A stretch of DNA of 63,811 nt, filler included, from Octopus bimaculoides (taxonomy: Eukaryota): the NCBI RefSeq assembly GCF_001194135.2. It is 6 parts of 6 records of this genome, joined end to end, with 100 filler letters (N's around TTAATTAATTAA, not from the genome) between each part and the next. Parts side by side here need not be neighbours in the genome. Positions count along the whole stretch, not along the records: positions 1 to 16,124 come from NC_068997.1; positions 16,225 to 35,820 come from NC_068986.1; 4 more parts are not named here. The stretch is one strand, 5' to 3'. The notes beneath the pieces were generated by a model. That model did no database searches and was not told the DNA's origin. It saw only the letters and a program-made list of their open reading frames with translations. Of this stretch, positions 14,200 through 27,156 are shown piece after piece (position 1 is the stretch's first letter; every line of letters begins with the position of its first letter). The position numbers and the translations under genes are program-made.

Positions 14200-14500
14200 T
14201 GTCTGCACGTCTGTTTGTCCATCTGTCCGTCTCTTTGTCTGTCTCCTCTTCATGGCCAGACGGCTGGACCAATGGTTACGATATTTATCGGGATTACAAA
14301 TACGATCGTCAGAAAGGTTTTTACCATTAAAACTAAAAACAGGAAGTATGATTTTTTTCGGGGATATCGATTTTTCAATTGATAGATAACCTTCGCATTT
14401 TTATTAAAAAGTCACCGACCACGAGTGGCTCTAGGTTTTCAGCGGATAGTTCGTAGATACGAAGGGTGTCAAGAGGACGGTTAATAGCGAAAATAAAATG
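14200..14500. mobile_element. Possible Helitron/Helentron-associated non-autonomous element
   Basis: (GTCY)n-like run gtccgtctgtctg...ctgtccgtc followed by acggctggaccaat, as in DINE-1/HINE-like elements. Ends not resolved. Confidence 0.3.
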
Positions 14501-15788
14501 GAAAAAGCACCGAAACACTAAAATAATCCTTTCTAATACTAGCAGATGGCTTGGAGGTTTGTGAGGAGGGGTTCGGTAATTACATCTATCTGAGTGCTTA
14601 ACGGGTATTTATTTCATCAATACCCAAAAGACTGAAAGGTAAAGTAGACCTTAGTAGAATTTAAACTCAGAAATTATCGACAGACGAAATGCTCTTAAAA
14701 GTACAGTAACGATTGAGATAGATCGCTGCCTTTAAAATAAAAGAATCATTTCCATTATAGGTACATGAACACGAATCTCCAAAGGGGTCAGGTGGTTTAA
14801 TAAACTCTCGTAATTAATTGATACTTTATGTTACCAAACACAGAAAAATGAATGGCAGAAGTAACATCAGCAAGATTTGAACTCAGAATTATTTGCAACA
14901 TAATCACAAAGTCACAAATTTTGGAGTGATATGTTGCCCACTGCAGCCTTATCAACTCAGAATGTAGAGAGCTGTAAAAAATAATTAAACATTAGAAAGG
15001 AAAGAGATAAATCGCTTGTTGGGCGGAATATTTAAATCATCGGTCAAAAGGGCTATTTTCTTCCGACAGTGTGTTCTTTCATTTCAAATCCTGCTGAAGT
15101 TATCTTTTGTCATTCGAACTTCAATAAAAACAAACAAGCAAATAAAATGAAGTAAAACTATCAATGTAACCCTTGACTAGAAATCACTCAATGTATGGCT
15201 GTTTCTTTCTCGGGTCCATTGCACTATTCTGTAAATAGAACTTAAGGGAGTCATTCTCAGTATCCCTTTCCTTTCAGTGGCGGAATGTAGTCCCCAAGGC
15301 ACCTTGCAGAGGATTCCACACAACGTTCATGAAATGGTATAGAGTAATACACATCTCAGACTAAAAGAAGGAAAGATATACGTTATGTGTGTGTGTAAGA
15401 GTGTAGGATTTGCTGAAGTGATATAATGGAAAGCAATTAAATGATAGGTATGCGCAACGCCCAACCTGTCTTTGTAAAATATAAACAGCGCAAGAATGTG
15501 TGTGTTTTCTTTATCTTATAATCAACATACTTATATTACAATTAATTATAGAAACCTAATAATAAAAGCTAGAGGGTATTACTTAATAAAGATATCGTAA
15601 GGGTAAGTAATTAACTTTTTACTTAATTTCATGATTTCATATCTTCTTTATTTGTATTTAGTGGGTTTTTTTCCCCATTTAAATCTCAACAAATAGTTTC
15701 CAAATACATATACATACGTGTGAGTATGTTAATATTTGCACATACATAACAATATATCTGTATACATATGTGTGTAAACATATTATTT

Positions 15789-16105
15789 TTTTATTCTTTT
15801 ACATGTTTCAGCCACTTGACCGCGGCCATGTTGCAGCACCAACATACAGTGTTTTTTTTTTTAGTAGAGTAATTCGATCTCAGGAATTATTCTTTTAGTC
15901 CTGGGATCAGACACAGAGACACACACATAGACACAGACATATACGTATGTCGGTTTTCTTTCAGTTTCCGTGTACCAAATCCACTTACTAGGCTTTGGTC
16001 GGACCGAGGCAATAGAGGTAACTTGCTCAAGATGCCATGCAGCGGGACTGAAACCTGAAGAGTGTGGTTGGGAAGCAAGCTTCTTGCCACAACCACACCT
16101 GCGCC
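15789..16105 (-). mobile_element. SINE family A
   Basis: tttcagtttccgtgtaccaaatccac...gtggttgggaagcaagcttcttgccacaaccacacctgcgcc. Confidence 0.75.
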
Positions 16106-16124
16106 TATATATATATATATATAT

Positions 16125-16224
16125 NNNNNNNNNNNNNNNNNNNNNNNNNNNNNNNNNNNNNNNNNNNNTTAATTAATTAANNNNNNNNNNNNNNNNNNNN
16201 NNNNNNNNNNNNNNNNNNNNNNNN
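16125..16224. other. Artificial 100-bp scaffold linker (44 N + TTAATTAATTAA + 44 N); also at 35821-35920, 42450-42549, 55806-55905 and 60713-60812
   Basis: Identical 44/12/44 layout five times; the 12-mer places stop codons in all six frames. Confidence 0.97.
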
Positions 16225-16265
<41 letters not shown>

Positions 16266-19020
16266 GATTATCATCACTTTAACGCCCACTTTTCCATGCT
16301 TGCATCACGAGTCTGACAGTTTTGGGAGCAGAATTTTCTTCAGCTGGACGCCCTTCCTGTCACCAACCCTTACCCTATGACCAGACATGCTTTTGCAGAA
16401 TATCAGAAATGAATGACATTCATTTACAATAATCACACCATGTCAGGACATTTTCACATTATACACACACATACACATTATCTACACATCTTTCATTATA
16501 AAAACAAAATAAATGGTACTTGTTAATTATTTGTTTGAGACTGGTGCATCAGCATAACACTACCCAAAATATTTAGCTTAAAGTGCTCTTATGGGTGAAA
16601 ACAAAAAGAGACATTTCTTTCTTGCCTAAAAGATTGCATTGAAACAGAAATTGAGCATTAACAGTCTGACATCCCAGCTTAGAAGATGAATAATACATTT
16701 ATATAAGTTGAGGTGCTGAAAGTTAAAACCCCAAACTGCACTAGTGAACACTCATTTTTAATTAGATCTTATATCAGTAAGCTTTGCTTATAAGTACTGA
16801 TCCATAATATACATATATATGGTCACATGCATACATATATACACACATACATATGCATAAATATGTCAAATATAGCAAAACATAAAACATTAATGATGCT
16901 TTAGAAAATTCTTGCTAGTAATTATTAATTCACTCTTTCAAAATGTGAGTCAAATAGTGTTTAATAGAAAAACAAAAAAATAACTCCAACATCCATGTAA
17001 CAAAATGTACAATAGAATGAATAAATAACAAATAGCAGAAATAACCAAGATTGTTGTGGCAGGCAGCAACTCAGTGCCACAAGTTAACATTCAACTATAC
17101 AGAAATTTATCAGAGTAGAAAAACTAGGTTGTTAAAACACTTGTGATTTGTCTATTGGTAACTATGGGACTATTCTACTTGTGGAGAGAACACTGTTTGA
17201 TATTAGGTAAAAGATTAAAGCAATTTTATTGGAAAACAATCAGCTTAAGAGGACCACTGTTTCTATTCTTGCATGTAGAATGATGATGAAACAGAACAAG
17301 AGATGAATGCTCAAATACTAGCTCATGGGTTGCTATTTCAAATGTGCTACAGGTGTAGTGTTTACAAGTAAGGACACTTAATTCTACATTGGTTTTGTTG
17401 GAGTTATTTTTGTGACAACCATGCACTGCATAGTTGCCAGTTGCCCTTTGGCAAGGTATAGCAGCTGTTCAGCCACCCTGACAAGGATATGGCAAAGTCA
17501 AGCGACTACAGCATGGTGGATTGTGAAGAGGTAGCAGAAGAGCTCAACTGAGCCAACAGTGCTTCTTACATGGAATCTAAGTGGAGAAATCCTAGAAGAT
17601 CAATGGTCAAGTTCACCAAGCTCTATCAAGAGAGTAACTGCAATGCATCCATAGGAGTGGCATCCATGGTTGTGTAATCATCTAAGGACAGATTCACTAT
17701 GACTCAAGCTCCTAATTCAATGGCATTGGATGGCAATAGAGTCATGGGAATCTGTGAAAGCAACAAAACTATATTTTTGTTAATCTTCCCATGGAGACAT
17801 AATTTGTCAGTTGTTGATCTTTAAGCTGAGATCAACTTTTATCATGCTAACTTTTTTTCAAACATGTGTCTGAGGTGCCACCTGGAGAGCTCATTGTCAC
17901 TTTGTCTCTTTAGAAACAACTGATTCATTCTCATTCTCTCATGTAAATGTTAGTAGCCATGTAGAATCTCTACAAGAACCTACTCTACACCAAACCCATT
18001 TTTTATACCTGAACACCCCACCCACACCTCCTCAGAAAATAAAGATTTGTGAGCTGCATGACAACCCCTTGATAGTGCTGGTGGCACAAAAAAAAAAACC
18101 TACCCAGTACACAGTGCAAAGTCAGTATTTGGAAGGACACCCAGCCATAGAAACCATGCCAAAGCCAGATACTGGCACATGATGCCAGTCCTTGGTTCCA
18201 GTGAACCTGTCAAACCTTCCGACCCACGGAATAATAAGTACTGGGGGGGGCGATTTGTTTGACTAAATTTCTTCAATTTAGTGCCCCAGCATGAGTGCAA
18301 AACAAAAGATAAATGATATTCCATCACTTTGCCTTCACCCTCAATCATTCTACAGTTAACTTCCAAGAACACAAAATTTTACTCTTCAAATCATCACAAC
18401 TAAAACAGTTGGAACATGGACATTAAATTATGATGATGATGATATATATCAAGAACAATATCCTTCAATGTGTCCTTAGACTCTATAGAGGCTTCTTTGT
18501 TGACTCACAGATTGTCAGTCAAACAACTAAATGTGATCTATGTATCCAACATTCCAAATATGTCATGACTCAGCCAAATACAGAATTACACTATGCAATG
18601 GTTTTATGATATCGAATACAGTATAACAGACTGGGCATGTTGTATTTTCTCCACTGTTCACCCTATTTTTCTAGGTGTTAGTGGTGGCCACAGAATGAGC
18701 AAGATGTATTTGGACAGAGTGCAATAGATGCATTTCCCATTCACTTATTTCTGGTGGCAAGCATTCCAGCATGGTGTTATAGATTAATGGCACTGATGAT
18801 ACTGCTGATCTTTGTGCATCTATGAACTATTAATGTTAGTCTAGAATGAACATGTAGTGACAGAACCTGGGTTAAAGCTTGCAACAACAAACTGTGCTCT
18901 TCACATATTCAAGTAATATTTCATTTTAAAGATTTTTGTTTCGCTGTTTTAGCTGCAATGATTTGAAGAGTAGAATTTTGTGTTTTTTGAAGTTAACTAT
19001 GGCAAAGTGATGGAATATCG

Positions 19021-19220
19021 TTTATCTTTTACTTGTTTCAGTCATGAGACAGCACCCATGCTGGAGCACCACCTTGAAGAAATTTAGTCAAACAAATCAA
19101 CCCAAGTACTTATTCTAACAGTCTCTTTTGCTGGACCTCTATGTTATGAGGACATAAACACACCAACACCAGTTGTCAAGCAGTGATGGGGGACAAAAAC
19201 ACACATACACACACACACAC

Positions 19221-19253
<33 letters not shown>

Positions 19254-19582
19254 TATATTAGGGATAAAAATCCAAATTTACAGGTAAAAACTCAAATTCA
19301 ATTTATCAAAAATTAAAATTAAATTAAGTTCCACTTGGTTCTTTTCTCTAAAACTATATATATANNNNNNNNNNNNNNNNNNNNNNNNNNNNNNNNNNNN
19401 NNNNNNNNNNNNNNNATATAATGGATTTCTTTCAGTTTCCGTCTACCAGGTCCACTCACAAAGCTTTGGTCAGCCTGAGACTACAGCAGGAAGACAATTG
19501 CCCAAAGTACCACGCAGAGGGACTGAACCCAGAACCAAGTGGTTGGGAAGCAAACTTCTTACCACACAGCCACACCTACACC
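19021..19582 (-). mobile_element. SINE family A interrupted by (TA)n, a ~90-bp insertion and a gap
   Basis: Both halves are recognisable; CpG sites are converted to CA/TG. Confidence 0.75.
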
Positions 19583-21716
19583 GATAATGCAAAAATACTT
19601 TAGAAATTTCAATTCTAATAGAAAGTATTAATAAGCTTTTCTGGAAAGTTGTCTACATTAACAATATATAATAAATGGGTCAACACCAGCTTTTGCAGGT
19701 ACAAGAAAACTTTTTGACACTTCTTAATAGCCAGTATTATTAAGAAATAAATATGAAATTAATCTAACAATTTTTATGAGCTCATAAATGGCTAAAATAA
19801 CTCTTCTGCTGTTTACTAGTATGTAATACAGCAAAGCTTCATCAACTGCTTAATGCTTTAAAAATTATTAAGCAACAAACAGCCTTACAGTTGTTTACAA
19901 TTCCTTATTCATAAATGGTTCAATGCATTCTAATGCATTCTTGTTATAAACTGCATTGTCTCTGAGTAAGGATATGTAATTTATGCTTATCTTAGTCTTT
20001 AAGTGACAAACAAATTCGTGACTGGCCAGTTGGCAACAGGTTTTCTGCTACACCCTGTATCACAAGTTTCAAATCTTCTCAAGGATTTATAAAAGAGAAA
20101 TGAGATTCTGACACATACTTTTCCCTAAGCACAGCACCAATATGAAAAGAAAAGAATGATTACAACCAACACTCAAAACAAGTCAGGGAGTTCATCTTGA
20201 TAGAGTTTTGACTGGATTGTACTGTAATAAAATATCAAGACAATGAATATTAATTGATCACAAAATAGAAACACACACAGATACACAACACTTGTTCATC
20301 ACTTGTTTAGTCACTCTGTTTTCCATTACAGCAATTAGCAAAATAACTAAAAACTCATGGAATCTTGAAATAAAAATCACTAAATGTCAAAACGTAAACT
20401 ACACCCATAATATTCTCCATGATAATCCCATCTTTAGTTATCATAACAGGTCATTATCAAAATTGTTTCCTTACTTATGCACAAGTATAGGGAAGAGGAA
20501 ATAAGAAGCTGTGATGACATGTAACTCGTATTATATTAAACATAACATTTACAGGGGAGCAAGGAAACAACAGGGAAATGTCATAAGAATTTGTTCATTT
20601 ATTTTTCTAAGGAAAAAAATTGGTCAAATGTGAAACCTTAGAGACCATATTTATAAAACATCCAGTCATCTAGAAATTTTGTTGGCTCTCAACATATTAG
20701 AAGGCTATTTTCACTAACAACTTTATGTTCTTCATGTTTGAGTGGTGTTTCTTTTTCACTTCCAAGTCTGGTGTTTGTCAATGTTTGTTCCTTTACTTGC
20801 TCTAGATGACTTGTTTAGTAATAGCATTCAGTGAAAATGTCAAAATTATTAAATAAACTGTAAGCTTTACATCATTGACGAAACACAGCTATGCTTCAGC
20901 TTCAGCCTTAGTTGCTGCAGAATACTTCTTAGCCGTCAAAATAATGAGTCTATTAACAACATTTCAGGAGACACTTAATGAAGAGCAAATTTGTCCCATA
21001 TTTGAAATATGAAAAAAAGGAGCAAAAAAAAAAAAAAAAAAAATCACATGCAAAGTCCCAAAGTATCAATGCTTTAAAGAAAATAAGAATTTAATTACCG
21101 ACAGCCTAAAAACTGATGTAAAATTTCAGCTAGTATAAGAAGTTGTTATTTGAAGCCAGCTATGTTCCAGTGACATACAATTAAGACTAACTAACCTAAA
21201 ATAACTTTGACACTAACTTTCAGTGATCACAATAAACCAACTGATATTAATGTCAATGAAAATTACACTTGAATTCAATTTACAAGGTATTTTTTACCTG
21301 TCAAACAATAGTTTGCTAGTTGTTTTCCCATCAGTAGTGCTGTGTCACACCCACAGCATAGACTTTTAAATCTCAATGACCCAGTCTGATTTATAATTTC
21401 TTAACATCCAGAGCTGAGCTGAAATCTTTTTCCATGGGTGTAGAGAATGCGATGAGAAACTACTATGGTGTACTCTTCTTTGTGAAATGTTGGAGTCAAT
21501 GATGCTCTAATGACCTAATTAATAGCTTACAGGATGCTACTAGAAAGTAAAGTAGCATACTGTCTGGAGTGGTAAACAAAAAATACATAAATTATGCCTT
21601 GGCCTGGAAATTTAGCATGTATTTGATCCACATTTTGACAATTATTGAAGTTGTTTAAAATTAGTTGAACTGTAGTTTAAACAATGTTCTTGTATTTTTC
21701 ATTGCAGTGTTTAGAC

Positions 21717-22031
21717 CAGTGGTTCTCAACCAGGGTCCATATAAGACTTTTGGGAACCCACACAACAAAATAGTAAATTGAGAACCACCAATAGTATTTT
21801 AAGGGCCCTGAAAAAATTTTGATTTAGATGTATTTATTGGTATGTATTGTAAGAAACAGCTAGGTTTCTTTCTCTAACATTTTACATAGTTCAACATACA
21901 CAAATTAATGTGTGGAAACAATAAATAACATTCTATAAAACTAGTTTTAAAACCTTGAATGGTGACAGGTGTCTACCAGAATAAAATAGCAATCAAAGGA
22001 GTCCATAGATTAAAATGGTTGAGAACCCCTG
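21717..22031. mobile_element. hAT-type MITE
   Basis: TIRs CAGTGGTTCTCAACC and GGTTGAGAACCCCTG. 8-bp target duplication GTTTAGAC / GTTTAGAT (7 of 8 match). Confidence 0.8.
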
Positions 22032-22277
22032 GTTTAGATAATTTCAATTTTGTGTAGAACACTGAAAGAAAATAATGCATGTGCCTTAGCATGGTCATAG
22101 CCAACTTATGAGAACCAGTTAAAGAATAAAAGAAGGGTAATATATCTGTCCTCATACATCAGTGAACTTAATATCACAATACAAAAATAAAACATTACTA
22201 GATGGACTCTTAACTTCAATTCTTTTTCAACATTCATAGATTACTTCAGATGTAACTTTAACACACATTTTACTTAC

Positions 22278-22395
22278 CAAGTGTGTGCAACTTAGTGAAG
22301 TTTATCCTTAGATTGGTAAGTTTCAAGAGATCCTGTACTTCTGAGCTGTATGGGTTACCAATACTAATAGATGTGGGCAAAACTTGAAAGACTAC
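22278..22395 (-). CDS. LAMB1: Laminin subunit beta, next exon (118 bp, phase 0 to phase 1)
   Basis: Not in the ORF track. Hand translation VVFQVLPTSISIGNPYSSEVQDLLKLTNLRINFTKLHTL(G) matches the LN continuation (TNLR..FTKLHTLG). Acceptor ctcatttcAG (22396-22397), donor G|GTAAGT (22276-22277). Phase matches the 33240 donor, giving a 10,844-bp intron. Confidence 0.95.
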
Positions 22396-22897
22396 CTGAA
22401 ATGAGAAATCAGTTTATTTAACCATTAACAAATAGAATATATTTTGTAGCATAATTTACATGGCAAACCTTTTTCTTCCTTTTTCAGTTTAGTCAAAAGA
22501 CTTTTTTTTTTATATCTTAACATACTGGTGATATTACCTGCTTCAGTACATGTAACTGGGAAAAAAGTACCATTTCAATTTTATGATAATGGTTTCTAAT
22601 ATTGAAATTTGCAGATATGATAGCATGGCAAAGTATATATTAGTGATAGAGGCAGTATTAATATCAAAAGGTAATATTTATCCCTGGTGGTCTCAGATTT
22701 ATCTCACCACTAGTGATATAAACAAGGGTGCATTTTACACCAAAAGTCAAAATAAGAGTTTCTATCAAGGTATCTACTGCAGTATAGTTTGTTTGAACAG
22801 AACATTCATGTTTAAGTGGGAATAAATATTACATCATGGTAAAGTAGACTAAGAGAAGGTACAGGTAAAATGAAAACATTCATGAACTTCACTACTT

Positions 22898-23610
22898 GGT
22901 ATTTAACACTTTAGCCATATCCGGCCCAAATATTCTGTTTTATGTTCAAACCAGCCAGATCCGGCTTCTCACACTTAACCAACAACATCATTCTAAAAAT
23001 AAAACCACCACAGCAACACAGTTTTGAAACTACGAGAAAATGCATGATTTATTGAAAACAATGTGAATAAAAAAAGCATTTTGACAGGGGAATCTGAATG
23101 CTAAATACTAAAAAAAAAATACCAAACTAAAAAGAATAACTATAAGATAGTAAATAAATAATCACAAGATGTGTCTAATAAAATCTCTGGCTAATCATTT
23201 TTCTCTTATACCTCATATAACAAAAATAGAAAAAGAAAACAACCAACAAACAGCAAAACTGGTGGAAAATTCATGTCAAGGGTGCCTAGGGAGTGACTTT
23301 CCACTCTGAGTGGACATTTTATATTATGTGTGTAACCTGACTTGGTAACATTGCACCAAGTTTTATTTCAGTCAGTTACAATTTTAAAAATTCATATTAA
23401 CCCTTAACATTTAAACTGACCATAAGTGGTGCATATATTCTACCTGCTTTATATTCAAATTGACCAGATGCAGCCTCTCACACCTACCCTACAATGTCAT
23501 TCTAAAAATAGACAGGCACATCAAAATCTTGAAGCTGTGAGAAAATGCCTAATTAATTCAAAACAAGGTGAATAAATAAGCATTACATTTGAGAGAGTAA
23601 TCTGAATGCT
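22898..23610 (+). mobile_element. Two diverged copies of a ~200-bp TTAA/CCCTT-ended element (about 22898-23106 and 23397-23613); an inverted copy at about 28530-28745
   Basis: Shared blocks: ccagat(c/g)c..ctctcacac, tcattctaaaaata, gtgaataaa, aatctgaatgctaaa. Confidence 0.5.
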
Positions 23611-24354
23611 AAATACTAAAAAAAAAATACCAAACTAAAAAGAATAACTATAAGATAGTAAATAAATAATCACAAGATGTGTCTAATAAAATCTCTGGCT
23701 AATCATTTTTCTCTTATACCTCATATAACAAAAATAGAAAAAGAAANNNNNNNNNNNNNNNNNNNNNNNNNNNNNNNNNNNNNNNNNNNNNNNNNNNNNN
23801 NNNNNNNNNNNNNNNNNNNNNNNNNNNNNNNNNNNNNNNNNNNNNNNNNNNNNNNNNNNNNNNNNNNNNNNNNNNNNNNNNNNNNNNNNNNNNNNNNNNN
23901 NNNNNNNNNNNNNNNNNNNNNNNNNNNNNNNNNNNNNNNNNNNNNNNNNNNNNNNNNNNNNNNNNNNNNNNNNNNNNNNNNNNNNNNNNNNNNNNNNNNN
24001 NNNNNNNNNNNNNNNNNNNNNNNNNNNNNAATAATAGAATTAATAATTAACAATTTTGCCAAGTAGTTCAGTATGAAAAAAACCCTTATCGGTAAGACCA
24101 TTTATCATCATAAATATAAGGGATTAGCAATTGAGTTGCTTCTCCAACATACTGAAAATTTAGAAATAGCAGTCAAAGAACTACTGATTCCAAACTACAA
24201 ATTTTTCTCTAAAACGGATGGCGATATTTATGGCACACATAGAACAAAAAACCGGAGGGAAAGCACAAACAAAACAAGCCTTTAGTTAATTGGGTACGAA
24301 TCGTTTCATGGTTAAGTGAATGAAAATTTCACTATTCCAATCTTCAGCCCAAAT

Positions 24355-24700
24355 ATTCTGATAGGCACCTTGAGCAATTGTCTTCTTTTATAGCCTCAGG
24401 CCAATCAAAACCTTAAGTGGATTTGGAAGACAGAAACTGAAACAAACCTCTGTGTGTATGTGTGTGTGAGTGTGTGCGCGCACATGTGCGTATGTGCGTG
24501 TCCATCAGTGCTTGACAAGCAGTGTTGGTGTGTTTACATCCCTATAACTTTGCAGTTCAGCAACAGAGACCAATAGAATAAGTACCAAGCTTTAAAAAAT
24601 ATTGCTGGGTGTCAATCGATTTCAGCTAAAATTCTTTAAGGCAGTGCCCCAGCATGGTCGTAGTCTAAAAACTGAGACAAGTAAAAGAATAAAAGAATAC
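24355..24700 (+). mobile_element. SINE family A
   Basis: gcaccttgagcaattgtcttc...gtggatttggaagacagaaactgaaa...gtgccccagcatgg...acaagtaaaagaataaaaga. Confidence 0.7.
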
Positions 24701-25378
24701 GTGTGCACACACACACACACACAGACAGAATAAGATTTCAGATTCTAGGTACAAAGAAAGCTGATGACTTCCACTGACGGAAAGTTACAAACTTGTAAGA
24801 GACGTATATAATTCATTGAATCATCAGAGTACAGACTGAAGAATGAAAAGCAAAGTTAACTCTAGCAGGATTTGAATTTAATACAAAGACAAAACAAAAC
24901 TATTTTTGCCACTGTTAAAATTCAAATTCAAAAGGAATTTAAATAAGAAAAAAAGTGGTTAGGAAAATGTACATCTGGAAGGAAAGAAGAAATCACCAGA
25001 ATTCCAATGAAAGGTGGGACATGGTTAATGAATAAAAAGACAACAGACAAATCCATTGGAAAAGAAATGGCATCAAATTGGTTAAGATGTCAAGTACTTT
25101 TACCTAATACAACTTTCATATAATTAAGTTATTAAATCAAATGATTTTTACCAAAATCGAGAACTAAAACGGTTTTTTAATATACCTTCATATGCTCTCT
25201 TTTCACTCTGTAACTTATGTAAAATTGAAGGATTGCATAGCTAATTCATCACCCATCTATCTATAGTTTTCTTACTCATTTTTCACATCCAGCCCTTTCT
25301 TCCTCTTCCATCGTACCATGTTTTTCATTTTAATAAGACTGAGGAAAACTTCTAGTTGCTTCTTGACAGAAAGTGATG

Positions 25379-25977
25379 GGAAAGAATTTGCAATATGATC
25401 AGCTGACAGATATGCAATCAGCATAATTCCACACATCAATGATCTGTAGATATTGTACCACTGCACAGATGGTGGTTATGTTTTCTTTCATATCTGGTTT
25501 GAAAGTTCTGTAGATCTTATCTCAAAGTAGCATCCTGCTACCTCCAGAAGGATCTGTCCGGAACAAGTCATTGCCCAATATTACACATTTGAAAAGAAAG
25601 GCATATTTAAATGAATGAACTCTAGTACTAGACTGGAATTCATTTTATCAACACCAGAAAGATAAAATCAAAGTTGACATCAACAGGTTTTGAACTCAGA
25701 ATGTAAAGTGACTGCAACAATGTTGTATAATGCTTTTATGACTGTAATCCAAATAACAACTCAAATGTGTAACATTTGGCGATGACTTGTTCTGGACTGT
25801 TATTCCTAGAGGTAGCAGGATGCTACTACTTTGAGATAAGGTCTGCAAAACTTTCAAACCAAATATGAAAGAAAACATAACCACCATCTGTGCAATGGTA
25901 CAATATCAACAGTTCAATGATTTGTGGAATTAGGTTGATTGCATATCTGTCAACTGATCATATTGCAAATTCTTTCC
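25379..25977. repeat. Inverted repeat with ~210-bp arms (25379-25592 and 25761-25977) and a 168-bp spacer
   Basis: Hand alignment of arm 2 reverse complement to arm 1 gives roughly 85-90% identity, with many of the differences being transitions. Confidence 0.9.
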
Positions 25978-26936
25978 GACCAAGACCAGAAGTTTAGAGG
26001 CTGAGGATCAGCCAATTATACTGACCTCGCCATCTGGCTGATACCTATTTTATTAATCCTGGAAGAATTTAAGGCAAAGCAGATCTTGACAGGATTTGAA
26101 CTCAGACTTTAAACAGCCAGAACAAATATCATAAGGTATTTTTTCCAATACTCTGATTCCTAACATAAGCATGAAACCACAAATTTAGGATGAGGTGCTA
26201 ACACTTGATTGATATTGTATGTCAAGTTCCCTAAATGGGATCTGAATTTAGATAGAGAGGGACATAACTAAATACTGCATGGCATTTTACCCAACATTCC
26301 ACTAACTGCTAAACAGGAAAAAACCATTTAAGTATGTTAAATATTTAGCTCAGTGAAAAGGGTGAAGACATGGAAGGAGAAAAGAGAACGAAAAGCAAGA
26401 TGATCCCAAGAGATAAACATAGATATATAAGAAAAACAACCTCACCCACTTCTGCCCATACTCTACCATCACTGTGCCTAACCACTCCCCACTTTAAATA
26501 AAATAATCAAAAAAGAAAGAAAATGATTTCCTAAGAAAAGAGATTAATGAAATCTAAGAAAAATATAAGAAAATAACATCACAGTCGTCAGCAATTAGAT
26601 GGTAGCACTTGTATATAATGAAGAGGCTGACTCAAAAGGGAAACAGTACCATCTGCTAGAGAAAGGAATTGTATTTCATTACACATCAGTTACTAACTGT
26701 TTATCATTTCCTTCTTATTCAGAGTTAGCTTCCTCTTCATCAGCTAATGGCTTAAAATGGCTCACAGATCAAACATACAAGGAATACATTTCCTTTAGCA
26801 GATTCTTTTGTTCTAAACTAACAGGCCAGTTCACCACCCCCTCCAACTACCAACTACACCTGTTCACTCTCTTATTTTTTCTTTGAACTATTTACTTTTC
26901 TTACATATGCTTTTCAAATTTTCAAAAAAAAATTAA

Positions 26937-27156
26937 CTCTTATGGTACCAACCAACCTGAGAATACTCTTGCTTTTATGATACAAATTTCATGTTTAATG
27001 TTTTCTAAATAAAAATGCTCCATCGAAATTCCATACTAATTCATGTTCCAAACAACAGATTATTAGTGACAAAGTTATTTTCCTAAATTCTTCATTATTT
27101 TCAAAATAACTGAAACAAAAGCAATCTAATTTGACAGAAATGTGGTAACGAAAGGG
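26937..27156. mobile_element. TTAA-flanked (piggyBac-like) MITE
   Basis: Left TTAA-CTCTTATGGTACCA and right TGGTAACGAAAGGG-TTAA form imperfect TIRs with TTAA on both sides. Confidence 0.5.

Noticed and set aside
16169-16180. TTAATTAATTAA recurring five times
   Set aside because: Always centred in exactly 100 bp of 44 N + 12 + 44 N; a scaffolding spacer, not a biological motif.
23091-23746. Exact 148-bp direct repeat (23091-23238 and 23599-23746)
   Set aside because: The two upstream elements are clearly diverged, yet the sequence after their shared AATCTGAATGCTAAA is identical and the second copy ends at a gap. Most likely a contig-end misassembly; read mapping would confirm.
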